From NCBI GenBank assembly GCA_964384845.1, contig CAYLLU010000001.1, positions 28,595-92,594 on the forward strand: 64,000 nucleotides of DNA. Reading direction: 5' to 3'. A program made the translations under genes and the position numbers. Below the pieces are notes generated by a model. That model saw only the letters and a program-made list of their open reading frames with translations, was not told the origin of the DNA and made no database searches. Source of the DNA: an uncultured Dehalococcoidia bacterium (GTDB lineage: Bacteria > Chloroflexota > Dehalococcoidia > Lucifugimonadales > CAJWER01). Below are positions 8,305 through 16,619 of this stretch, piece after piece; within the stretch, counting starts at the first letter, position 1; each line of letters opens with the position of its first letter.

Positions 8305-9156
8305 TTAGCCGCCTCTGGCCATCATCGCCGCTAGATAACCGGCCCCGAATCCGTTGTCGATGTTCACCACACTCACCCCGGGGGCACAGCTATTGAGCAT
8401 CGCCAACAATGCGGCAATCCCCTCGAAGCTGGCGCCGTACCCAATGCTCGTGGGCACGGCGATGACCGGTGCCTCTACCAGTCCGCCTACGACGGAAGGC
8501 AGCGCCCCCTCCATACCAGCCACTACTACTACTACGCGCGCGTCCTGGATTACGTCCAGGGAATCCAGCAACCTGTGGAGACCTGCCACACCAACGTCAA
8601 GGAGTGATGAAACCCGGCAGCCCATCAGTTCTGCCGTAATGACCGCCTCCCTGGCTACCGGCGCATCCGAGGTGCCACCCGAGGCGACCACGACACCGTC
8701 GACTAGATCAATATCCATTCGACGATCAACTACTATAGTGCGCGCAGTCTCATCGTACTCGGAATCGGGGACCTCGGCCACCACCGCATCGAAGGCCTCC
8801 GGCGAGGCCCTGGTTACTAGTAGCGTATCTTCGCCCTTCAGCAGTTCCACGGCCAATGATGCCACCTGCTCGGGGGTCTTCCCCTCGCCGAATACGACCT
8901 CTGGAAATCCGGTACGCAGCGCCCGGTGATGATCCACCTTAGCGAACCCCAGATTCTTGTATGGCAACGAGCGCAACTCGGCCACCGCAGCCTCTGTGCT
9001 AAGATGACCGGCCTTAAACTCTTCCAGAAGCCTGCAAAGGCGTGCCTCGTCGATTTCCTGCACCTCTTGAGTGTATCTTACCTGGCGTTCGAGGGGTCGC
9101 CGCCTACTCATCGCAGTATAGGAGACGGCCACGGGCCGCGTAAAGCCCTCTAACAT
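8305..9156 (-). CDS. larB: nickel-pincer cofactor biosynthesis protein LarB (pyridinium-3,5-biscarboxylic acid mononucleotide synthase; PurE-like)
   Basis: PurE-like C-terminal half VVASGGTSDAPVAREA...VVVVAGMEGALPSVVGGLV...VIAVPTSIGYG preceded by the LarB-type N-terminal extension. The start may be the second Met (9111), because the annotated starts of larB and larE are only 17 bp apart. Confidence 0.8.
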   Translation of the reverse strand: MLEGFTRPVAVSYTAMSRRRPLERQVRYTQEVQEIDEARLCRLLEEFKAGHLSTEAAVAELRSLPYKNLGFAKVDHHRALRTGFPEVVFGEGKTPEQVASLAVELLKGEDTLLVTRASPEAFDAVVAEVPDSEYDETARTIVVDRRMDIDLVDGVVVASGGTSDAPVAREAVITAELMGCRVSSLLDVGVAGLHRLLDSLDVIQDARVVVVVAGMEGALPSVVGGLVEAPVIAVPTSIGYGASFEGIAALLAMLNSCAPGVSVVNIDNGFGAGYLAAMMARGG

Positions 9157-9173
9157 GCCTAGCCGTTCATGGT

Positions 9174-10031
9174 ATGATTCAGACTACGGATATGGCTATT
9201 TCAATGGACACCGTCGAGGGCAAGCGGCAGACACTCGAATCTGCTCTGAGGGACATGGGATCGGTCCTAATTGCCTATTCAGGAGGGGTCGATAGTACTT
9301 ACCTGGCAGCCGAGGCCAACCGGATGCTGGGGCCTCTCGCCCTATCGGTGACAGCTCAGTCCCCAAGCCTTGCGCCATCCGAACTGAGAGACGCAAAGGC
9401 AGTGGCCAAGAGGCTGGGGCTTAACCATCGAGTAATCCAAACACTTGAGGTCGATCGGGAAGATTACCGTGCCAACGACATTAACCGATGCTATTTTTGC
9501 AAAGACGAGCTATACACGACAATGACTGGGCTCGCTAATGATGAGGGCTACGCCTTCGTCGCCAACGGGGCAAATGTCGACGATCTGGGGGACTTCCGAC
9601 CAGGTCTGGGCGCCGCCAAACGACACGGGGTGCGATCCCCCCTCGTCGAGGCCGGACTCACCAAGGACGAAATCAGAGAGCTGTCGCACGGCATGGGGCT
9701 GCCCACCTGGGACAAACCCGCCCAGGCCTGCATATCGTCCCGGATACCTTACGGCACCCCGGTCACGATCGAGTCTCTGGACCGGATCGCCAAGGCCGAG
9801 GAGTTCCTGCATGGCCTGGGCATTAAGCAACTAAGGGTGCGCCATCATGGCTCCGTGGCGCGAATCGAAGTCGAAGCGTCGGATCTCGCCCTGCTGGTGC
9901 AGGATGACGTGCGTTCCGCGGTCTCCCAGCACTTCCGGTCCATAGGCTACACATATGTGGCACTGGATATGGATGGCTTCCGCTCGGGCAGTTTGAACGA
10001 GACCCTGACCAAGCATGGGAAGACCCCGTAG
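9174..10031 (+). CDS. larE: ATP-dependent sulfur transferase LarE (PP-loop ATP pyrophosphatase)
   Basis: PP-loop AYSGGVDSTYLA. LarE-type ACISSRIPYG cysteine motif plus an upstream CYFC pair. A later start (ATG 9192 or 9204) is possible. Confidence 0.8.
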   Translation: MIQTTDMAISMDTVEGKRQTLESALRDMGSVLIAYSGGVDSTYLAAEANRMLGPLALSVTAQSPSLAPSELRDAKAVAKRLGLNHRVIQTLEVDREDYRANDINRCYFCKDELYTTMTGLANDEGYAFVANGANVDDLGDFRPGLGAAKRHGVRSPLVEAGLTKDEIRELSHGMGLPTWDKPAQACISSRIPYGTPVTIESLDRIAKAEEFLHGLGIKQLRVRHHGSVARIEVEASDLALLVQDDVRSAVSQHFRSIGYTYVALDMDGFRSGSLNETLTKHGKTP

Positions 10032-10037
10032 CCACCG

Positions 10038-11030
10038 ATGCCAGGTTACCCCTCCACGCTGAAAATCGGGCTAATAGGCTTTGGCGGCTGGGCCACCAGT
10101 GCATATGTCCCGGTGCTCCGCGAACGCGATGGCGTGGAGATTGTCGCCCTCGCAGCACGTACCGAATCCACTCGTATGGCTGGGCGCTCACTATTGGGCG
10201 ACTCGGTGCGTCTCTACGACAATTACCACGACCTACTTGGGGACGCCGCCGTCGATGCCGTGATGATCGGCCTGCCCTCTGAGACGAGCGTCGAAGCGGC
10301 AAACGCGGCGTTGGACGCCAACAAACATTTATTCCTAGAGCCGCCCTTCCCTGGCGACGCCCATGCCATGGGGTTGTTGAACAAGGCTGATCGCTCCCGC
10401 CAGGTTTTTCATGTAGACCTGGAGTTGCGATACCTACCGGTGCTCCGACAACTCCGTGAAATGGCCGAGAGTGGTGAGTTTGGCGACCTGATGTCCATCG
10501 AAGTCAGGCACGTATGCGATTGGTCGGCCGCGCGAGACACCGCGTTACCGGCGATGGCCCCAGGACTCAGCACCTGGTACATCGACGCAATCGACGCCAT
10601 CGCCGACTCAACGGCCACACGTGTGGAGCTATTCACAGCCACACCGAGACACGAGGTTGGCAGGGCGCTATTCCAGCTCTCCAACGGCGCAACCGGCGAG
10701 TGGGCCTTCGACCTGCGCAGCCCGGAGCCCTTCTCACTCAAAATCGAGGTCATCGGCAGCAAAGGGGCTGCGTTCGCGAACCTGCTCTCTGGCGAGTATC
10801 GCCACCGGACCGGTGATGCAGACTGGGAGACAGCAATTTTGGACTGCTCTAGGCCAATCCTCGGGTTCGTGGGCATGCGTGAGAGTGTGCACGCATTCCT
10901 GGCCGCAGTGCAGGGGCACGCACCTAGCCGGTCGGGCGCTTCGACCTATAAGCGTATCCATTCTATGCAGTCGGTGCTGCCCACTCTGCTCCAGGCGAGT
11001 AAGACGGCCCGATCAGGAGGGGAACAATGA
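10038..11030 (+). CDS. Gfo/Idh/MocA family oxidoreductase
   Basis: N-terminal Rossmann KIGLIGFGGWATSAYVPVL and typical family length. 6 nt after the larE stop. Confidence 0.75.
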   Translation: MPGYPSTLKIGLIGFGGWATSAYVPVLRERDGVEIVALAARTESTRMAGRSLLGDSVRLYDNYHDLLGDAAVDAVMIGLPSETSVEAANAALDANKHLFLEPPFPGDAHAMGLLNKADRSRQVFHVDLELRYLPVLRQLREMAESGEFGDLMSIEVRHVCDWSAARDTALPAMAPGLSTWYIDAIDAIADSTATRVELFTATPRHEVGRALFQLSNGATGEWAFDLRSPEPFSLKIEVIGSKGAAFANLLSGEYRHRTGDADWETAILDCSRPILGFVGMRESVHAFLAAVQGHAPSRSGASTYKRIHSMQSVLPTLLQASKTARSGGEQ

Positions 11031-12364
11031 CGTCGTCGGCGTCTGGACAGGAAGCAGCAAAATACGTCGAGTCCACCCCGACATCCAGAGAGCTTCAGAG
11101 TGAAGCGGAGCATTATCTGCCGGGGGGCAGTTCCCGGGACACGGCCTATTTCGCGCCGTATCCGATTTTCATCGAGCGCGGCAAGGGCCACTACATCCAC
11201 GATGTGGACGGCAACCGCTACCTCGACTTCATGCTTAACGCCACCAGCCTTATCATGGGCCACGCCCACCCCGAAATCACGCGGGCCCTGTCCGAGCAGG
11301 CGGCAAAAGGGGTCGCCTTCAGCGGCCCCACCGCGGTACAGGTCCGGCTGGCCGAGATGTTGTGCGAACGCATCCCTTCGATGGATCTCGTGCGTTTCAC
11401 CAGCTCCGGTACGGAGGCCACGCTGAACGCGATCCGCGTCGCCCGCGCCTACGCAGGGAAGCATGGTATCGCGAAGTTCGAGGGCGGCTACCACGGCTCC
11501 CACGAATATGCGTCGATCAGCGTCCACCCCGCAGCAGTCGAGTTGGATCCAGATGGACCGACAGCCGTCCCAGAATTTTCGGGCATGCCCCCGTCGGTCG
11601 CAGAGGGGGTTGTCGTGCTTCCGTACAACGATCTCGACGCGTGCGAAACGATACTCGGTGAACGCCACAAGGATCTGGCCTGCTTGATCATGGAGGCGGT
11701 GGTCTCCAACTTCGGCTACGCACCGGCGGATATCAATTTCCTGCAAGGAATGCGCGATCTGACTCGCGATCTAGGCATGCTGCTAGTGTTCGACGAGGTC
11801 CAGAGTCTGCGCATCGCCCCGGGCGGCGCACAGGAGATGTTTGGCGTGGAACCCGACCTGACGGCCCTGGGCAAGATCATCGGTGGCGGGATGCCCACGG
11901 GGGCCTTTGGAGGACGCCGGGACATTATGTCGCTCTTCGATCCTGGGAGAGGCGCTGATACGATCCCACACGCGGGAACCTTCAATGCCAACCCGATGAC
12001 GATGACCGCAGGTGAGGCCACGATGCGGCACCTCATCCCCGAAGTGTACGAGCGGATGAACCGCCTGGGCGGCATGCTGCGCGCCAAGTTGCAAGCGGTG
12101 TTCGACGAGATAGATATGCCCGTCCAGGTGACTGGAATCGGATCGTTCTTCGGCATACATTTCACCGATGCGCCGGTCACCGACTACCGCTCCATGCTCG
12201 CCGGTGACCAGCAGATGACCAGTGCGCTATTTACGGGACTGCTTAATGAGGGCATCCTGCTTCAGAAGAGCTGCGCGGGATCGCTGTCCACGCTGACTAC
12301 CGAAAAGCACGTAGATGGGCTTGTGGACGCGGTGCGACGTGTCGTGGGCAGGGTGCGAGAGTAG
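11027..12364 (+). CDS. class III (glutamate-1-semialdehyde aminomutase-like) PLP-dependent aminotransferase
   Basis: HemL-like N-terminus (YLPGGSSRD...PIFIERGKGHYIHDVDGNRYLDF), FDEVQS and GKIIGGGMP (PLP lysine region). ATGA overlap with the upstream oxidoreductase. Confidence 0.8.
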   Translation: MTSSASGQEAAKYVESTPTSRELQSEAEHYLPGGSSRDTAYFAPYPIFIERGKGHYIHDVDGNRYLDFMLNATSLIMGHAHPEITRALSEQAAKGVAFSGPTAVQVRLAEMLCERIPSMDLVRFTSSGTEATLNAIRVARAYAGKHGIAKFEGGYHGSHEYASISVHPAAVELDPDGPTAVPEFSGMPPSVAEGVVVLPYNDLDACETILGERHKDLACLIMEAVVSNFGYAPADINFLQGMRDLTRDLGMLLVFDEVQSLRIAPGGAQEMFGVEPDLTALGKIIGGGMPTGAFGGRRDIMSLFDPGRGADTIPHAGTFNANPMTMTAGEATMRHLIPEVYERMNRLGGMLRAKLQAVFDEIDMPVQVTGIGSFFGIHFTDAPVTDYRSMLAGDQQMTSALFTGLLNEGILLQKSCAGSLSTLTTEKHVDGLVDAVRRVVGRVRE

Positions 12365-12499
12365 ACCACCGAGGGTGCATGGCCCCCGCCTCAGATACTT
12401 CGTAGAGAGCCTCCTCGCATGACACGAGATTGAAGCATAGTCAGATCCCAGTTACAGAGGAGAGCACCTGAGGCGATCGGTTCAAACCTGCAGCTATTC

Positions 12500-12838
12500 A
12501 TGGACGATCACTGGATCGCCACCTCTGATGGGGTTCGGCGTCTCATGCACCCGGCGGTGAAGCGCAACGCTGCCATACTCCCTGAAAACCCGTGGGAGAT
12601 GGGCTACGTGGGCAGCATGTCCACTGTGAAGGATGGCAACATATACAAGGCCTGGCACACATGCGACGACCCGAAGATATCGTGGTTCAGGAAGACCGTC
12701 TATGCCGATAGCCTCAGCGGACTCTCCGGCAAGTCGGTCCCCCTCCGCTTCGCCCTGACGAACGCCGACCTCTACGCATTTACGCATTCCGATTTAGAGC
12801 ATAGGAGTCGCTACGATCCTAATCAGGGAAGGGCTTAA
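12500..12838 (+). CDS. hypothetical protein, possibly a 5' fragment of a beta-propeller glycosidase-like gene
   Basis: 112-aa ORF. The segment ILPENPWEMGYVGSMSTVKDGNIYKAWH...VYADS resembles the N-terminal blade pattern (PWE...V..DG.Y.MWY...YA.S.DG) of GH43/GH130-like proteins, which are normally over 300 aa. No room for the rest before trpB. Confidence 0.35.
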   Translation: MDDHWIATSDGVRRLMHPAVKRNAAILPENPWEMGYVGSMSTVKDGNIYKAWHTCDDPKISWFRKTVYADSLSGLSGKSVPLRFALTNADLYAFTHSDLEHRSRYDPNQGRA

Positions 12839-12923
12839 TCTTAATCCTAACCCTAAAGAGCAGGTCCTGGTCCCTTCTAATGGTGGGGGCTAGGACGAGT
12901 ACACTCGGCACCCCTGAGGCAGA

Positions 12924-14129
12924 TTACCGCAATTCCAGCGCGTCGATGACGGTGTCCATGTCCTTGTCGCCACGTCCACTCAGACAGACCAGTACCATCT
13001 CATCCTTGCCCAGATTCTGAGCCAGTCTGGAGGCATGATAGATGGCGTGGGCAGACTCCAAGGCAGGGATGATTCCCTCGGTGCGGCAGAGCAGTTGAAA
13101 GCCCTCCAGTGCCTCGTTGTTGGTGACGTTAACGTAGGAGGCCCGGCCCGTGTCCCGGAGGTAGCTGTGCTCCGGGCCGACGCCAGGATAATCAAGACCC
13201 GCCGAGATGCTGTGAGCCTCCATAACCTGGCCGTCCTCGTCCTGTAGCAGATAGGACATGCTACCGTGCAGCACTCCAACACTCCCCGCCGCCAAGGTAG
13301 CCGAGGAGCGGCCTCCATCCAAACCCTCACCACCCGCCTCCACGCCAACTAGCCGGACATCCTCGTCTGGAACAAATTCGTGGAACAGACCGATGGCGTT
13401 ACTACCGCCACCTACACAAGCCACCGCATAGTCGGGCAGGCTACCTGTAGCCTCAAGGAATTGCAATCGAGCCTCACGACCGATGACCGACTGGTAGTCC
13501 CGGACCATCATAGGATAGGGATGTGGTCCGACGACACTACCGATCAGGTAGTGGGTGGTATCCACGTTAGTGACCCAATCACGAATCGCCTCGATGATGG
13601 CGTCCTTCAGGGTACGGCTACCAGAGCCTACCGGCTCGACGCTCGCCCCTAGCAATTTCATGCGATAGACGTTCAGCGCCTGACGTCGCATGTCTTCCTC
13701 GCCCATGTATACGACACACTCTTGTCCCAACATGGCGCACACGGTAGCAGTAGCCACGCCATGTTGGCCGGCGCCTGTCTCAGCGATAATCCGCTGCTTC
13801 CCCATGCGCTTCGCCAGAAGCCCCTGGCCAAGGGCATTGTTGATTTTATGGGCACCGGTGTGGGCCAGATCCTCGCGCTTGAGGTATATCTGAGCACCCC
13901 CAAGCTCACGGCTCAGATTCGCCGCGTGATAGAGAGACGTCGGTCGACCCACATAGCGGTGCAAGAGATAGGCCATCTCCTCTTGAAAGATAGCGTCATC
14001 CCTGGAACTTTTGAATGCCTTGGACAACTCGTCCAGGGCAGGCATCAGCGTCTCGGGAACAAATCGTCCGCCAAACCTACCGAAGTGGCCAGTCTCGTCC
14101 GGGAGTGTATGTTGCGTACTCATAGGCAA
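12924..14129 (-). CDS. trpB: tryptophan synthase beta chain (TrpB1-type)
   Basis: [18 protein letters not shown]-lysine motif HTGAHKINN, and GGGSNAIG. 401 aa. Confidence 0.9.
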   Translation of the reverse strand: MPMSTQHTLPDETGHFGRFGGRFVPETLMPALDELSKAFKSSRDDAIFQEEMAYLLHRYVGRPTSLYHAANLSRELGGAQIYLKREDLAHTGAHKINNALGQGLLAKRMGKQRIIAETGAGQHGVATATVCAMLGQECVVYMGEEDMRRQALNVYRMKLLGASVEPVGSGSRTLKDAIIEAIRDWVTNVDTTHYLIGSVVGPHPYPMMVRDYQSVIGREARLQFLEATGSLPDYAVACVGGGSNAIGLFHEFVPDEDVRLVGVEAGGEGLDGGRSSATLAAGSVGVLHGSMSYLLQDEDGQVMEAHSISAGLDYPGVGPEHSYLRDTGRASYVNVTNNEALEGFQLLCRTEGIIPALESAHAIYHASRLAQNLGKDEMVLVCLSGRGDKDMDTVIDALELR

Positions 14130-14488
14130 TTCCTCTACCGTTCGACGGCGAATTCAATAATACCAGACTAGGGATCCCCTACCGCGATCCCCAGTGTTAA
14201 GAAATTCGACCAGCATGGTCAAATATGGCTATAATGATCCTTTGAAGCAGGAGACTATCACCGAGCGTGCAGATAGGTCGCAACCCACCTTACGGAAGAT
14301 GGAAGGTTCAACATTCTCAACCTAAGCGACAAGATAGATAGGATATCGGCTAAAGAGGGGCCGATAGGCTACACCCTTCTGCCGAAAAACTGAGAGTGTG
14401 CCTCTGAAAAACTATCTCTTCTTTTTTATCTTTTCTTCCTACTTCCCCAATCGCTCAACGAAACGCATGGAAAACGGAGACCTGACCG

Positions 14489-14839
14489 ATGGCTCGAGTA
14501 AGAATAATGTACTGGAAAGAGATACCTGTGCAAATCCAGGCAGAGGACGCCACGGGCCAGGTATCCAAACAACTGGCAGACAGGTTCCAAAAAGGGGTCG
14601 ATGCTATTTCGATGTTCGATGGCAGCGCCGGAACCGACAACTATCTCGATGCATGGGAGTGGGGTGAATATGAGGACATGGACGGGAGTGCCGAGGCAGC
14701 CGCTACGGTCCTTGCGAACAGCATCAATCGGGGGTTCCCCAAAGATTTTGTGAAACGGGTGCGTGCACTGCACGAGTCAGGCAATAGAAACACCTCTCCG
14801 GGAACTTTCGACGACTGGCAAGCACATGTCACAGGCTAA
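14489..14839 (+). CDS. small 'virulence factor' family (PF13769-like) protein associated with split-MetH clusters
   Basis: N-terminus RIMYWKEIPVQIQAED...LADRFQKGVDAISMFDG...DNYLDAWEW matches my recollection of the IVYWRDIPAQV-type family. First gene of the island. Confidence 0.5.
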   Translation: MARVRIMYWKEIPVQIQAEDATGQVSKQLADRFQKGVDAISMFDGSAGTDNYLDAWEWGEYEDMDGSAEAAATVLANSINRGFPKDFVKRVRALHESGNRNTSPGTFDDWQAHVTG

Positions 14840-15728
14840 TACAAAGCGGATAGGCCTGATGGAGAGACTTCAGAAAGACGAAGTGCTCATCTCGGACGGA
14901 GCTACAGGCACCTACCTTCAGGCCCGAGGTCTCGAACCTGGTGGCTGCCCGGAGGAGCTTAATGCCAGTCAGCCTGAACTAATACGGCAAATGGCCAAAG
15001 ATTACTTCGGTGCAGACTCGGACATGGTGCTAACAAACACCTTTGGCGCCAATAAGTTCATGCTCAAGAAGTACGGCCACGGCGATCGAGTGACCGAGCT
15101 TAACCGTCTTGCAGCTCAGCACGCCCGTAATATGGCACCGCCGAATGGGCTCGTAGCAGGTTCCGTCGGCCCTTCAGGAGAGTTCCTGGAACCCTTAGGC
15201 GAGATATCCGAGACTGAGATGCTCGACGCCTTTGCCGAGCAAGTCACAGCCCTAGCAGAGGGCGGAACCGATGCGATCATCGTAGAAACCATGACCGCAT
15301 TGGAGGAGACCACTCTGGCCATCAAGGCCGTCAAGGAGAACACCGACCTACCTGTCATTGCAACGATGACCTTCGACAAAGGGCCACGGGGCTTCTTCAC
15401 GATGATGGGAGTGCAGCCAGAACGCGCGGTGAACGAGCTGAAAAATGCCGGCGCAGAGGTGACCGGGGCCAACTGTGGTAATGGCATCGAAAATATGGTG
15501 GAGATTGCGCGGATAATGCGCAACGCCACCGACGGCTACCTGATCATTCACTCCAATGCTGGGATTCCGACAATACGCCAGGGACAGATCGTGTACTCCG
15601 AAACACCTAAGTTCATGGCCGAGCACTTCAATACTCTGGCCGAGATCGGTATCAACATTTTCGGCGGGTGCTGCGGGACGACCCCTGACCATATTAGGGC
15701 CCTGTCGCAGGCCATTCGCAGCAAGTAA
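14826..15728 (+). CDS. homocysteine S-methyltransferase domain protein (MetH N-terminal module / BHMT-like)
   Basis: LISDGATGTYL and the Zn-ligand cysteines GANCGNG and FGGCCGTTPDHI. Start taken at ATG 14826 (MSQANTKR...), which overlaps the previous gene by 14 nt; the track ORF starts 21 codons earlier. Confidence 0.85.
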   Translation: MSQANTKRIGLMERLQKDEVLISDGATGTYLQARGLEPGGCPEELNASQPELIRQMAKDYFGADSDMVLTNTFGANKFMLKKYGHGDRVTELNRLAAQHARNMAPPNGLVAGSVGPSGEFLEPLGEISETEMLDAFAEQVTALAEGGTDAIIVETMTALEETTLAIKAVKENTDLPVIATMTFDKGPRGFFTMMGVQPERAVNELKNAGAEVTGANCGNGIENMVEIARIMRNATDGYLIIHSNAGIPTIRQGQIVYSETPKFMAEHFNTLAEIGINIFGGCCGTTPDHIRALSQAIRSK

Positions 15729-15766
15729 TCCCTTGGAGGTATATAGTCTCATGTTTCGAGGAGCAT

Positions 15767-16447
15767 ATGATGGTGCGCTTGACTAATAGTGGGCCAGGAG
15801 TACTCAAAGTCATCGAGCGGTACGGCCGCTGCCTGGAGCTAGTATCCATCGATCCGAACTTCCACGACATCTCGGTAGGTCTCTACGAGAAAGACGGCGT
15901 CGCTACGGTCTGGACCTTTAGCCGAATAGACGGTGTGGAGACGAGGATTCGCAAGATACGTGACCAGTTGGTCGCTCTCGGCGGCTTCAAGGCCGTTGCT
16001 GATGTCCATAACCAGGTTCGTACGTCCTGCGGCACGATCCATCCAAGACCCACTAAATTCCTCATGACACAGGCAGTGGAAAAAGACCCTGGATTCTCGT
16101 TGCCCGAGGGCGAGATCGCGGTGAAGGACTTAAAGTCCGGTATGATGCTGGGACTACACTCCAAAGAGGCCAACGGCCGCGTTACCTACTACGTCAAAGC
16201 CGAGGGCGAGGCTCAGAATAAAACTGCCCGCCTTAGGGCCGTGACCGCCGGTTTTGTGCGATACGGGGAGATGGAGAAGACGGAGGACGGAGGGGTATCA
16301 TTCACGTGTGGACACCAACATTCCCAACTCGTACGTCTCCTCCTACCCTATGCAAGAAATGTCACACGTGTCGAGGATATGTTGGAGGCGGAAGCCCTAC
16401 GAGGGCAGATGACCACCGGTACACTAGGATTCTCCCCACCGACGTGA
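15767..16447 (+). CDS. hypothetical protein (226 aa), no family recognised
   Basis: GAGGAG SD 4-7 nt upstream of ATGATG. Lies between two methyltransferase genes on the same strand. Contains two CGxxH motifs (C88-G-T-I-H92 and C181-G-H-Q-H185). Confidence 0.6.
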   Translation: MMVRLTNSGPGVLKVIERYGRCLELVSIDPNFHDISVGLYEKDGVATVWTFSRIDGVETRIRKIRDQLVALGGFKAVADVHNQVRTSCGTIHPRPTKFLMTQAVEKDPGFSLPEGEIAVKDLKSGMMLGLHSKEANGRVTYYVKAEGEAQNKTARLRAVTAGFVRYGEMEKTEDGGVSFTCGHQHSQLVRLLLPYARNVTRVEDMLEAEALRGQMTTGTLGFSPPT

Positions 16448-16619
16448 GTCCGGAAGAATCGTGCAGCGGGGCGGCATTCCTTGCCGGATATACGAAGATG
16501 TCCCTTGCAATCCGCCAAATACTTGTTCTTTTCCTTCCAGACACGACAAGTAAAATGGTCGTTTCCAAGACATACTAAAGGCTGCGAAGATATAATATTC
16601 AGTGGGCGGAGAGGTTGTT

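Noticed and set aside
8354-8929. 191-aa plus-strand ORF inside larB. Similar long antisense ORFs occur at 4363-5037, 33712-34305, 42271-42900, 43572-44285, 45327-45749, 57149-57772 and 40084-40545.
   Set aside because: All are antisense to genes with strong motif support. Their products are Ser/Thr/Ala/Arg/Pro-rich low-complexity sequence. They are shadow ORFs.
10946-11746. 266-aa ORF on the minus strand
   Set aside because: It lies entirely antisense to the well-supported class III aminotransferase. The product is Arg/Gly/Asp-rich and typical of shadow ORFs in GC-rich coding DNA, with no family motif.
12465-12500. GGTTCAAACC, and at 39170-39185 GGTTCAAAAATCC, as possible tRNA T-loops
   Set aside because: The flanking sequence cannot form T-stems or acceptor stems. 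These are isolated chance matches.
12834-12858. Telomere-like CCCTAA/CTTAAT hexamers
   Set aside because: Only four imperfect units lie inside a bacterial intergenic spacer. It is a trivial microsatellite with no telomere-like context.
14130-14488. Cobalamin, SAM or THF riboswitch upstream of the methyl-transfer island
   Set aside because: I could not find the B12 box (GCCACUG context) or the SAM-I, SAM-II or THF core motifs by eye. This needs cmsearch to settle, so only a generic 'unusual leader' finding is reported.
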